Origin: Vulcanimicrobiota bacterium | GTDB taxonomy: Bacteria > Vulcanimicrobiota > Vulcanimicrobiia > Vulcanimicrobiales > Vulcanimicrobiaceae | NCBI GenBank assembly: GCA_963786105.1 | Contig: CAWAXX010000014.1 | Coordinates: forward strand, 96,001 to 160,000 | Direction: 5' to 3' | Length of the DNA stretch: 64,000 bases | Part shown: positions 45,365 through 54,658 of the stretch, one piece after another | Numbering within the stretch: position 1 is the first letter of the stretch | Layout: every line of letters starts with the position of its first letter | Notes under the pieces: model-generated | Told to the model about the DNA's origin: nothing | What the model saw: only the letters and a program-made list of their open reading frames with translations | The model's database searches: none | Made by a program: the position numbers and the translations under genes

Positions 45365-45703
45365 ATGAGCGAATTTCTCTATCTCTACCGCGGCGGCCAG
45401 CGTGGCAGAACCCCGGAGCAGTCACAGCAGATCATGCAGAAGTGGCTTAACTGGATGAAGGACTTAACGGCGAGCGGCAACTTGAAAGATCCCGGCCAAC
45501 CGCTGGAAGGCGAAGGTAAGGTGGTCAACGGCAAAGGCACCGTCACCGACGGTCCTTTTGCCGAAGCCAAGGACCTCGTCGGCGGATTCACCCTGGTGGA
45601 AGCCGATACGCTCGCGCGCGCGGCCGAGCTTGCCCGCGGCTGCCCGATTCTCGAGGTCGGCGGTAGCGTCGAGGTGCGCCCGATCATGAAAATGGACATG
45701 TAA
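45365..45703 (+). CDS. YciI / DGPF family protein
   Basis: VTDGPFAEAKDLVGGF and VEVRP; RBS AGGAGG. Confidence 0.92.
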   Translation: MSEFLYLYRGGQRGRTPEQSQQIMQKWLNWMKDLTASGNLKDPGQPLEGEGKVVNGKGTVTDGPFAEAKDLVGGFTLVEADTLARAAELARGCPILEVGGSVEVRPIMKMDM

Positions 45704-45704
45704 C

Positions 45705-46955
45705 GTGGAACCCAGCGACCATCTCTTCCGCCACGAAGCGGGACGCATGGTCGCCGCGCTCACGCGCGTGTTCGGACTGCACAACCTCGCGCTGGCAGAA
45801 GACGTCGTCCAAGACGCCTTCTGCCGCGCATTGGAGGTCTGGAAGCTTCGCGGGCTTCCGGATAATCCGTCGGCGTGGTTGATGAAAACCGCGAAGAATC
45901 GCGCCCTCGACGTGCTGCGCCGCGAACGTACCGCCCGCACCTTCGCGCCGGACCTCGGACGGTTGTTACAAACCGAGTGGACCGTCGCTAATGCGGTGGA
46001 AGAGATCTTCGATCCAATCGGCATCCCCGACGATCAGCTGCGCATGATGTTCTCGTGCTGCCATCCGCGGCTTCCGGAAACGGCGCAAGTGATGCTCGTC
46101 CTTCAACTCGTCGGCGGATTCGGCGTTCAGGAAATCGCTAATGCCTTCGTGAGCTCGCATGCAGCCGTCGAAAAGCGGTTGACGAGAGCGAAGAAGTCGC
46201 TGGCGGGGTCCGGAGGGCTTTTCGATATCGCCGGCGCCGCCGACTTTTCACGCCGGCTATCGGCCGTACAGCGTGCCCTCTATCTGGTTTTCAGCGAGGG
46301 GTATCACGGTGCGTCCGCACGCTCCGTCGTGCGCGCCGACCTGTGTCGCGAAGCCATCCGGCTGGCGCGCTTGCTCGCCGAACATCCGCTCGGCGACACG
46401 CCTTCCACTCGCGCCCTGTGCGCGCTAATGTTTCTCGACGCTGCCCGGCTGCCGGCACGGCTCGACGCATCCGGAGAACTGAGCTCGCTACTCGATCAGG
46501 ATCGTACGCGTTGGGACCGCAAAATGATCGAAACCGGCCGCGCTTGGCTCGAGCGTTCGGCATTTGGCTCGGAACTAAGCCGGTATCATGTTGAAGCGGG
46601 AATTGCGTCCGTGCATGCGGCTGCAGCGCGTTTCGACGACACCGATTGGAGCGCGATCGTGTCGCTGTACGACACGCTGATGACGATTGCGCCGTCGCCG
46701 GTCGTCGCCCTCAACCGGGCGATCGCGGTCGCGCAGTTGCGTGGGCCGCAGCGCGGACTGGAGGCGATCGACGCCATCGGAGATCGCGATCGGCTCGTGC
46801 GCTATCCGTTCTACCACGCAGCGCGCGGCGAACTCGAGTGGCGTCGCGGAAGAGGGGCCGTCGCGCGCGAGCATTTTCAAGCGGCCCGTACGCTCGCGCG
46901 CAACCCTAGCGAGCGGCGTTTTCTGGAAAAGCGCATCGCTGCGTGCGCGGGGTAA
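45705..46955 (+). CDS. ECF42-type sigma factor with C-terminal TPR/DUF6596 extension
   Basis: AEDVVQDAF, DDQLRMMFSCCHP, QDRTRWD and SPVVALNRA. Confidence 0.92.
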   Translation: MEPSDHLFRHEAGRMVAALTRVFGLHNLALAEDVVQDAFCRALEVWKLRGLPDNPSAWLMKTAKNRALDVLRRERTARTFAPDLGRLLQTEWTVANAVEEIFDPIGIPDDQLRMMFSCCHPRLPETAQVMLVLQLVGGFGVQEIANAFVSSHAAVEKRLTRAKKSLAGSGGLFDIAGAADFSRRLSAVQRALYLVFSEGYHGASARSVVRADLCREAIRLARLLAEHPLGDTPSTRALCALMFLDAARLPARLDASGELSSLLDQDRTRWDRKMIETGRAWLERSAFGSELSRYHVEAGIASVHAAAARFDDTDWSAIVSLYDTLMTIAPSPVVALNRAIAVAQLRGPQRGLEAIDAIGDRDRLVRYPFYHAARGELEWRRGRGAVAREHFQAARTLARNPSERRFLEKRIAACAG

Positions 46956-46956
46956 C

Positions 46957-49200
46957 TCAGCGATGGTTGTGCGCGATAATGTCCTCGAGTACGCCGCCGG
47001 CGACGGCATCGGGACGGCTGAAGTCCAGCCGCGCGCTCGCGTTTGCTCCATAAGCGACCTTACTATTGCGGAGCGTAACGTCAATCATCGGCGGGATTGC
47101 CGCATACGGGCGCAGGTCGGCCGTCAAACCGAAAGCTCCGTAGAGCGGCACGGCCATCGCATCGTAGGTTGACAACGGCTGCATGCCGAGCAGGATCTCG
47201 ATCGTGCGCAGGATACCGACCGTGGCGTAGTGCTCGTGCCGCACGCCGCCGCGTGCGTAGGGTGAAATCACGAACATCGTCGTGCGCTGATCGCTGACAT
47301 GGTCGGGACCATCCTGGGCGTCGTCTTCGATGACGAACATCGCCGACGATTTCCAAATCGTCGAGTGTGAGAGCGTGTCGACCATCTGGCCAAGTGCATA
47401 GTCGTTTTGCGCCACGTACGAGGCGGGAGTCAATTTGCCGGCTTTGCTGCCGTACGTGTGATCGTTGGGCAGCCAAATGAACTCCAGCTGCGGAAGGTTT
47501 CCCGCGGCTACGCGTTCGGCAAAGTCGCGACGCCACTCCTTAACGCGGTCCAAGTCGCTGTAGTCGAGATCCCATCCCGCATACAAGGCGTCGATGCGGT
47601 CATTCAAACTGGGGACGTCGGCAATCCAATGTCCCGGCCGGAACGCCTCGGGATCAACCAACTCGCCATAGTCGCGAAACGATACGTTTGCCCGGCTCGC
47701 GGAATCCCACAGGTACCCATTTGCGGGTACGCGCGGACCGCTGCCGACCGAGAGATCGTCGACCTCCCGCCTGCTGCCGTAGGATGGCGGCCAGAAGCGC
47801 TCCACGTAATCGTTGGCGAAGGCGGCGTCTGCCCACATGTGCCCTGGGGCGCTGACCTCGCCGCTCGTATACGCGTTGTCGAACAGGCCGAAGCGCGCCG
47901 CAATGGCGTGTTCGTTCGGCGTGACGCTGCGGCCGAACCATGCAAGGGATGCGTCGCCGTTGCCGGCGCTCACGTCGCCGAGAACCTGGTCGTACGAACG
48001 GTTTTCTTTTAGGACGAGGAATACGTGCTCGATTGGGCCGCCCGGTCGAACCATCGAGTTTGGGGGTGGCGCGTTCTCCCAACCTTTCGAGCCCTGACGA
48101 CTGGTTGCGTTAGCCGAGCCTTCGCGCGGGAGATCGTATGCGCGCAGCGAGCCGAACTCGATCGCGCCGATGTAATCGCGATCGTCCTTGCTGCGCATCT
48201 GGTAATTTGGATTGGGACGCGCGCCCTCGCCCTTCCCGTCGAGGACGTAGAGCGTGTTTCCGATCGGCAGCGCGTCGGTGGGATACCAGCCGGCCTGCAC
48301 GCGTCCGGCGAGCCGATCGTTTCGAAGGATCGCCACGGAGTTCGCCGCGCCGAGGCTGACGAACTCGGTGTTCCCCGCCACGATCACGGCATTCGGCGAT
48401 ACGCCAATCTCGCGGGGCCGTGCCGGATCGTCGCCGACGAAAATGTTCGCGGCGCGATGAAGGTCGCGCGCGTCGTAAATTCCGACGCTGTCGGCGTCGC
48501 TTTGTGCGACGTAGACTTTTGTCTCGCCGACCGCCACGCCGCTAGGATGCAAGGCGGTGGTCTGCCGCTGTATCGTTCCGGCCGCGACGTCGATTTTCAG
48601 CAGCTCGCTGGTAGCTCGCGAGGTCGCGAACACGCTCTTGCCGTCGACGGCGAAGGCGAGCCCGCCGGGATGCGCTCCGATCGGGATTCCCGGAGCGTTG
48701 CCGAGGGTCGCCAGCGTGCCGACGCGCACCGCGCCGTCGCCGTCGGTGGCGACGGCCAGGGTATCGCCGTGGGCCGCAACGAGCACCGGATACGAAGCCT
48801 TTGGAAGCGCGATGCGCACGAGCTGTTGCGACCGCACGTCGACGTCGAGCAACGCGTCCGAATTCGCGCCGGGTACCAGCACGTGATCCGCGTCGACCCA
48901 CAGCGGGCGGCCGAACGCGCCGGGCAACGGGATCGACGCGACCTTCGTGAGATCCGGCACGCGATAGAGTCCGAGGGTCGGGGGAAGATACCCCGACTCG
49001 ACGACGGCGATCGTTGCTCCGTCGGGCGACGCCGCCATGCCCTGTGGCATCGTCCCGGTTTCCACGCGAGCACCCGGCGGCGGGCTCAGTATCCAGCCGT
49101 TGGGCAACGTGACGGGCGACGGTCCGGCGGCGGCCGAGATTGCGAGACCGCTACCCGTCAGTGCGAGGACAAAGGAAATGCGAACGAGGAAGCTGCGCAC
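46957..49200 (-). CDS. Secreted YncE beta-propeller + phosphoesterase/alkaline phosphatase-family protein
   Basis: LPNGW, GWYP, KENRSYDQVLGD, LPNDHT and EDDAQDGPDHV. Confidence 0.88.
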   Translation of the reverse strand: MRSFLVRISFVLALTGSGLAISAAAGPSPVTLPNGWILSPPPGARVETGTMPQGMAASPDGATIAVVESGYLPPTLGLYRVPDLTKVASIPLPGAFGRPLWVDADHVLVPGANSDALLDVDVRSQQLVRIALPKASYPVLVAAHGDTLAVATDGDGAVRVGTLATLGNAPGIPIGAHPGGLAFAVDGKSVFATSRATSELLKIDVAAGTIQRQTTALHPSGVAVGETKVYVAQSDADSVGIYDARDLHRAANIFVGDDPARPREIGVSPNAVIVAGNTEFVSLGAANSVAILRNDRLAGRVQAGWYPTDALPIGNTLYVLDGKGEGARPNPNYQMRSKDDRDYIGAIEFGSLRAYDLPREGSANATSRQGSKGWENAPPPNSMVRPGGPIEHVFLVLKENRSYDQVLGDVSAGNGDASLAWFGRSVTPNEHAIAARFGLFDNAYTSGEVSAPGHMWADAAFANDYVERFWPPSYGSRREVDDLSVGSGPRVPANGYLWDSASRANVSFRDYGELVDPEAFRPGHWIADVPSLNDRIDALYAGWDLDYSDLDRVKEWRRDFAERVAAGNLPQLEFIWLPNDHTYGSKAGKLTPASYVAQNDYALGQMVDTLSHSTIWKSSAMFVIEDDAQDGPDHVSDQRTTMFVISPYARGGVRHEHYATVGILRTIEILLGMQPLSTYDAMAVPLYGAFGLTADLRPYAAIPPMIDVTLRNSKVAYGANASARLDFSRPDAVAGGVLEDIIAHNHR

Positions 49201-49331
49201 GCCCGTGTGATTTTTACGTAGCCGACGGATTGCCTGGCACGAATGGACAGCCGGCTGGAAAAGGACGCAAGCCTGCCATCAATGCGACCGCAGTCGATTG
49301 CATCCATCCGCGGACGATGAACCCTGTGCGC

Positions 49332-49748
49332 TCAAGTGGTAAAGAACGGAACGGGCTTTCCGGTCTCGGCGAACTCCTTGAGGCGATCGAGAACGTGCGC
49401 CCATGCGTAGCCGCAATTGGCGAAGTAATCGGTTGCGCCTTTCCAATCGGCATGGGTCATCCGAAGGGTACTTTCTCCGTCGTTCTCGCCGGGAGCGATC
49501 GCGAAGACCAGTCGAGTTCCCGTCCATTCCGGCTGGTCTCCAACACATTTCCATTCGATTCGTCTGGCCGGCTCGAGCCGTTCGGGTTTCATGCGAAAAA
49601 CCACCGAACGCCCTTCGAACGAGAAGCGGGTTTCAGATCGATCGATCTCGGTATCGGTCGTCCACCAGTTCGAGCCGTGGTCGAGGATCGCGCGATACAA
49701 TACTTCGGGCGTACAAGCGATGGAGAGTCGCTGCGTAATGTCGGCCAC
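49332..49748 (-). CDS. SRPBCC/AHA1 domain protein
   Basis: RBS AAGGAG before GTG; EWTGTRL, HADW and LKEFAETGK. Confidence 0.85.
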   Translation of the reverse strand: MADITQRLSIACTPEVLYRAILDHGSNWWTTDTEIDRSETRFSFEGRSVVFRMKPERLEPARRIEWKCVGDQPEWTGTRLVFAIAPGENDGESTLRMTHADWKGATDYFANCGYAWAHVLDRLKEFAETGKPVPFFTT

Positions 49749-49778
49749 GATAAGCTCCTTGCGGTTGGTAGCGGCGTA

Positions 49779-49808
49779 TTGACATGTTACCAAAAGGTCA
49801 CATATAAT
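49779..49808 (+). promoter_or_regulatory. Consensus sigma70 promoter with embedded palindromic operator
   Basis: TTGACA(49779-84)-N18-TATAAT(49803-08); ATGTtACC-aaaa-GGTcACAT at 49784-49803. Confidence 0.8.
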
Positions 49809-49846
49809 GCAAGCCATGAACGCGATCGGCTGCGTGTGCGACGAAC

Positions 49847-50155
49847 TTGGATGACGTTTTCAAAGCCCTCGCCGATACCAGCCGTAGGCACTTACTCGAC
49901 TGTCTTTACCAGCGCGACGGACGGACGCTTGGCGAGCTGGTCGCCGAGCTCGACATGACGCGTTTCGGCGTGATGAAACATCTGCGCGTGCTCGAACGCG
50001 CGAATCTCGTCGTTACCCGGCGCAAAGGACGCGAAAAACTGCACTACCTCAACCCGATGCCGATCCAAACGGTGTACGACCGGTGGGTCGGGAAATACCG
50101 CCGCGGCTGGACGCGGCGTCTCGCCCATATCAAAACTATGCTGGAGGAATCATGA
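49847..50155 (+). CDS. ArsR/SmtB family regulator
   Basis: VFKALADTSRR, MTRFGVMKHLRVLE and GREKLHYLN; the true start may be 49816 (see findings). Confidence 0.9.
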   Translation: MDDVFKALADTSRRHLLDCLYQRDGRTLGELVAELDMTRFGVMKHLRVLERANLVVTRRKGREKLHYLNPMPIQTVYDRWVGKYRRGWTRRLAHIKTMLEES

Positions 50156-50622
50156 GCGATAACGTGACGCACGTCTACGAAGTCTACATTCGTACGACTC
50201 CGGAGAGACTCTGGGAGGCGATAACCAAAAGCGACTTTACGAAGGAGTACTTCTTCGGAGCCACCGTCGATTCCGATTGGCGTCCGGGCGCCACCATGAA
50301 ATACGAGCTGGCCGACGGCCGGCAACCATTCTTCGCGACGATCGAGGCGATCGAACCGCCGCACCGCCTGGTGCATTCGTTTCGATCCAATCCCGAAATG
50401 GACGGCTCTGCGGATCCGCCGTCGCGCGTCACCTACGAGATCGAACGCTTGGGCTCGACGTGTTTGCTGCGGTTGACGCACGAACATTTCGCCGGCGAAT
50501 CGGTCGTCACTAAAGGTACGAGCGAAGGCTGGCAGATCATCTTCAGTGGTCTCAAGACCCTCTTGGAAACCGGCGATCCCTTGAAGATCGAGTGGCCGGA
50601 AGAAACCGTCGCGACGGGGTAA
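50152..50622 (+). CDS. SRPBCC/AHA1 domain protein
   Basis: YIRTTPERLWEAIT, PSRVTYEIE and GWQIIFSGLKTLLETG. Confidence 0.88.
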   Translation: MSDNVTHVYEVYIRTTPERLWEAITKSDFTKEYFFGATVDSDWRPGATMKYELADGRQPFFATIEAIEPPHRLVHSFRSNPEMDGSADPPSRVTYEIERLGSTCLLRLTHEHFAGESVVTKGTSEGWQIIFSGLKTLLETGDPLKIEWPEETVATG

Positions 50623-50632
50623 GTCTAGGAAT

Positions 50633-51091
50633 GTGCTGATTCGCTCGGTCGACGCGCGGGACGCCGAGGCGTGGTCCGCAATGCGCGGCCGCCTGTGGCC
50701 CATCGCCGACGCATCCGAACTCGCGCGCGAGGCGCGGGCCTTCGTCGCCGGCGCCGCTGCGCCTTTGCTCGAAGCGGTCTTCGTCGCCGCAGACGAGTTG
50801 GGAGGTCTGGTTGGGTTCTTAGAACTATCGGTGCGTCCGTTTGCGGACGGTTGCGACTCCCAACCGGTGCCGCACGTCGAAGGATGGTTCGTGGAGGCTT
50901 CCGCGCGCCGGCTGGGAATCGGACGCGAGCTGATGCGGGCTGCCGAAAATTGGGCGCGGACGCGCGGATTTTGCGAACTCGCGTCGGATACCGAAGTGCA
51001 CAACGAGGGTTCTCAGCGCGCCCACGAATGTTGCGGATTTCGGGAGGCAGAGCGCCTGATCAAGTTCCGAAAGGCCCTCGACGCGAGATGA
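50633..51091 (+). CDS. GNAT acetyltransferase, AAC(6')-I-like
   Basis: VEGWFV, RRLGIG, ELASDT, N..SQRAH..CGF and FRK. Confidence 0.75.
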   Translation: MLIRSVDARDAEAWSAMRGRLWPIADASELAREARAFVAGAAAPLLEAVFVAADELGGLVGFLELSVRPFADGCDSQPVPHVEGWFVEASARRLGIGRELMRAAENWARTRGFCELASDTEVHNEGSQRAHECCGFREAERLIKFRKALDAR

Positions 51092-51933
51092 CGCCGCAGA
51101 ACGATACCGCACGCGAGCAAAAGTATCGAGCGTTCCGTGCGCTACACGCACGGCCGGGGTGCTTCGTCATGCCGAACCCGTGGAACGCCGGTACCGCACG
51201 AGTTCTTACGGCGGTGGGCTTCGAAGCCTTGGCGACGACCAGTGCGGGCTACGCGTTTTCGGCCGGACGGCGGGACTCGGCGGCGAGCCTCACGCGCGAC
51301 GAGATTTTAGAAAATGCGAGGACGATCGTCGAGGCGACCGATTTGCCGGTGTCGGCCGATTTGGAAGACGGCTTTGGCTCGTCGCCCGAAGCCTGCGCGA
51401 CGACGATACGCCATGCCGCCGCAATCGGTTTGGTAGGCGGTTCGATCGAAGACGCGACCGGCGATCCGCGCGACCCGATCTACGACGTCGCGCTTGCGAC
51501 GCAGCGAGTTGCCGCCGCGGCCGAGGCGGCCCGCGATGCGCGCTTCATCCTAACCGCGCGAGCCGAAAACTTTTTGCACGGGCGCCCCGATCTCGACGAT
51601 ACGATCCGGCGGCTGAAATCCTTCGAGCGCGCCGGCGCCGACGTGCTCTACGCGCCCGGGCTGCCGAATCTCGAGGCCATTGCGCGCGTTTGCGCTGCGG
51701 TCTCGAAGCCGGTCAACGTCGTTATGGGATTACGGGGAGCAACCTTTTCGGTCGACGAGTTGGCGGCCGCCGGCGTGAAGCGAATCAGCGTGGGCGGCGC
51801 TTTCGCGCGCGCCGCGCTAGGGGCGCTTATGCGAGCCGCTCGTGAAGTCAAGGAGCGTGGAACGTTTACGTTCGCGGCCGACGCGATTTCTCACGTGGAG
51901 ATCACCGGTTATATGTCCGATCGGCAACGTTAG
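51088..51933 (+). CDS. Isocitrate lyase / PEP mutase family protein
   Basis: PNPWN, LATTSAG, SADLEDGF, SIED and GADVLYAPG. Confidence 0.88.
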   Translation: MTPQNDTAREQKYRAFRALHARPGCFVMPNPWNAGTARVLTAVGFEALATTSAGYAFSAGRRDSAASLTRDEILENARTIVEATDLPVSADLEDGFGSSPEACATTIRHAAAIGLVGGSIEDATGDPRDPIYDVALATQRVAAAAEAARDARFILTARAENFLHGRPDLDDTIRRLKSFERAGADVLYAPGLPNLEAIARVCAAVSKPVNVVMGLRGATFSVDELAAAGVKRISVGGAFARAALGALMRAAREVKERGTFTFAADAISHVEITGYMSDRQR

Positions 51934-52738
51934 CCGCTTCCACGTCGTCACGCTCGCGGTACTTACCCGGTGCGAGCGAAAAGCGCCGCTTGAAATGCCT
52001 GGTAAAGTGGCTCTGGTCGACGAACCCGCACCGCTGCGCGATCTCTGCCAACCCGATGCTGCGATTTGCCAAAAGCGCTCGCGCGCGACAGAGCCGCCGT
52101 TCCCGAACGTACTCGCCGATAGACTTTCGGTACGCCCTTTTGAATGCCGTCGCAACGTACGTTGCCTCGCGACCCGCGTCGCGTGCAAGCGTCCGCAAAG
52201 ACGGCGGTGTAGCCCATTCGTCTTCGAGCCGATCTCGCACGCGCGCGAGCCATCGAGTTCGTGCCTCGCCGGAAGCCGCCCGGCGAAAGAGCAGCGCTGC
52301 GATTTCCGCACTGATGGCGTCGAGCGCCAGTGCCGAAACCGGGTCGGCACGATTCATCTCCACAAAGAGATCGCGGCTCAGATCTCGCAGATCCTCGTGG
52401 CGTACGATAAAGGGCGCCGTTCCGAGATCCGACCAGCCGGCATCGGAACGCGTTGGTGAGACGCTCAAGCAAACGACGCGTGCGGCATAGAAATCGCGGT
52501 GTTCTTCGAATCGAGGCCTAAAGAGCGCGTCTCCGGCTCCGGACGAAAGGCGCAGATCGTCGTATCGCGTTTCAAACTCGCCGCCGAAGGTCAGCACGAT
52601 ACGCGCTTCGTCGTGCCTATGCCGGCCCAGCGCGCACTCGGGCGCGCACGCGCTGCGGGCAAGTCGAACCGCCTCGGTCGAGCGAACCAGCCGTCCCCGC
52701 ACGGGACAACCGCAGTCCGTCGCGGTTTCCCCATTCAT
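51902..52738 (-). CDS. AraC family transcriptional regulator
   Basis: Cupin HRH motif; EIAQRCGFVDQSHFTRHFKR...PGKYR. Confidence 0.88.
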   Translation of the reverse strand: MNGETATDCGCPVRGRLVRSTEAVRLARSACAPECALGRHRHDEARIVLTFGGEFETRYDDLRLSSGAGDALFRPRFEEHRDFYAARVVCLSVSPTRSDAGWSDLGTAPFIVRHEDLRDLSRDLFVEMNRADPVSALALDAISAEIAALLFRRAASGEARTRWLARVRDRLEDEWATPPSLRTLARDAGREATYVATAFKRAYRKSIGEYVRERRLCRARALLANRSIGLAEIAQRCGFVDQSHFTRHFKRRFSLAPGKYRERDDVEAANVADRTYNR

Positions 52739-52753
52739 GAGAACCAGTATACT

Positions 52754-54547
52754 TCACTTGCCGGAATCGGCGCCGAGGGCGGCGAGTGCCTGCGTCCGGC
52801 GATCGATCAAGGCGCTCGCGTTTTCGACCAGCGCCGCTTCGTTTCCGAGGTCGATTCCCAGGAACTTGCGTTCCAACGCCGCCGGCGGATCGTTGAACCC
52901 ATTGCGGAGCAGCGCGACGTAATTTTCCGCGAAGGCCGACCGCCGGCGCTCGAAGTCGTCGAAATACTTGAGCGCTAAAAGCCCGGCGTAGAGATAGCTC
53001 ACGTCGTAAAGCGGATCGGTAAAATACAGCGAATCGCGAGCCCAGTAAACGCGGGCGGCGGGCTCGGCGGCCAGCAACGGGTCGTACCGCCGAAAGACGT
53101 CTGCGGTAAGGGCGTCGAGATCTTCGGCGGTCTTGAGTTTCCTTGCATCGGCATCCGCGTAAATGCGCGCTTCGAGATCGGTCTCTTCGGCCGATCCAAA
53201 CACCTGAAACGTCGCATCGTCAAGAAAGCGATTGAGGTAATAGGCGCGCTCCGCCGTGCTGCCGGCCGACTCGTACTGGCTATCGTAAAAGAGAAGCTCG
53301 TTAAAGATTGCGAACGATTCGAACATGAAGTGCGGGCCTTCGTTGTACGCCGCTATGGACTGGCTTTCGTTCATGAACTGGCGGTGGACCGCGTGACCCG
53401 ATTCGTGCGCGACCGCGCGGACGTCGTCGATCGAACCGCGGTATCCGCCGAAATAGACGCCCGATTCCGAACCCGCGAAGCCCACCGAGAAGCCGGTGGC
53501 GTCGCACGCGGGGGCGACGCAGAGTTCGACCCGTCGATTGGCGGGGTCGAGCAGGCGTTCGTAGGCCGATGCGTAGGCGTCGCCCATCGGACGCTCCGCG
53601 GCGAGAATCTTTTTGCGAGCTTCATCAAACGATAGCTCCGGAGGAACGAACGCGTTGACGGCGTCGCGGTCCCATACACGAACGGCTTTGGGGGGGACTC
53701 CCAACCGCCGAGCGGCGATCGAAACCAGGACGTCGCAGTAGGCGCGAAACGCGCCCGACGAACGTACCGCTGCTAGCGTGCGCATAACCGACGCTGTCGT
53801 CAGCGACTGCGCGGCGTATGCAGCGGCGGGCGCACCGTCGAAACTTTCCAAGCGGGCAACGCCGTTGCGTAACGGCACCATCGAAAGTAACTGCGCGGCG
53901 AACGCATCTACGTGCCGTTCGAATGGCGCCCAGCGTGCGTTGAAGGCGTCTTGTCGAGCGTCGCCGGTCCGGACTCCGGGTGCCGGCGACGCGAGGACGG
54001 ATCTACGCAGCGCTTTATAGGATGCGGCTGCCGCCGCAAGCGCCGGTTCGACGGTCTGCGCGACGGCTCGCGACTCGCCCGGCGAAAGACGATGGACGGC
54101 TTGTGCGAGAGATTGCGAGAGAAGGTACCGGTACCGTGCGAGGCTCGGCGTCGTTGCCGTCATCGCCGCAAGGCGTCGGGCACCAAAGGATGCGATCGCG
54201 GCGGCCGTTCCGTCCTGGAGCCGTTGTTCCAGTGCCGCGAGGGCGTCGTCCGCTCGGGCGTCGACGGCATCCTCCAGGTTTTCTTCAGCGCGGAGGTAGA
54301 CGTAGATATCGTGCCGCTGAATCGACGCGCGCAGGTCGTCCCCCGCATCGAGCCAACCGGCCAGACCGGACCCGGAGGCCGGCGGCGACGTGCGTAGATA
54401 CGCGTTTACCCGCTCCGTCAGCGTCGCCCGGCTCGATGCTTCGGTGCCAGCGTCCGAAAAGTAGCGACGCAGGTCGAGCCGGTAGTCTTGGAGCGCTACG
54501 GCGGCGACCAGAAGCGAGGGCAAGAGGAGTGCCGCAAGGTATCGCAT
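52754..54547 (-). CDS. M3 family (oligopeptidase F-like) metallopeptidase with signal peptide
   Basis: AHESGHAVH, ESFAIFNELL and YLYAG. Confidence 0.82.
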   Translation of the reverse strand: MRYLAALLLPSLLVAAVALQDYRLDLRRYFSDAGTEASSRATLTERVNAYLRTSPPASGSGLAGWLDAGDDLRASIQRHDIYVYLRAEENLEDAVDARADDALAALEQRLQDGTAAAIASFGARRLAAMTATTPSLARYRYLLSQSLAQAVHRLSPGESRAVAQTVEPALAAAAASYKALRRSVLASPAPGVRTGDARQDAFNARWAPFERHVDAFAAQLLSMVPLRNGVARLESFDGAPAAAYAAQSLTTASVMRTLAAVRSSGAFRAYCDVLVSIAARRLGVPPKAVRVWDRDAVNAFVPPELSFDEARKKILAAERPMGDAYASAYERLLDPANRRVELCVAPACDATGFSVGFAGSESGVYFGGYRGSIDDVRAVAHESGHAVHRQFMNESQSIAAYNEGPHFMFESFAIFNELLFYDSQYESAGSTAERAYYLNRFLDDATFQVFGSAEETDLEARIYADADARKLKTAEDLDALTADVFRRYDPLLAAEPAARVYWARDSLYFTDPLYDVSYLYAGLLALKYFDDFERRRSAFAENYVALLRNGFNDPPAALERKFLGIDLGNEAALVENASALIDRRTQALAALGADSGK

Positions 54548-54658
54548 CCGAACGATCGTATCGGCGATCGTGCCGCGCGTCTAGGACGGAATTGTGGGGC
54601 GCCCGGCCGGCGAGCGGATGCCCAAAGAATAGATTCGGCGTTGCCGAACTCCAGCGTG

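Noticed and set aside
54548..54658. Guanidine riboswitch upstream of the amidinotransferase-fold gene
   Set aside because: Only short hairpins are present; no ykkC-I, II or III consensus is recognisable by eye.
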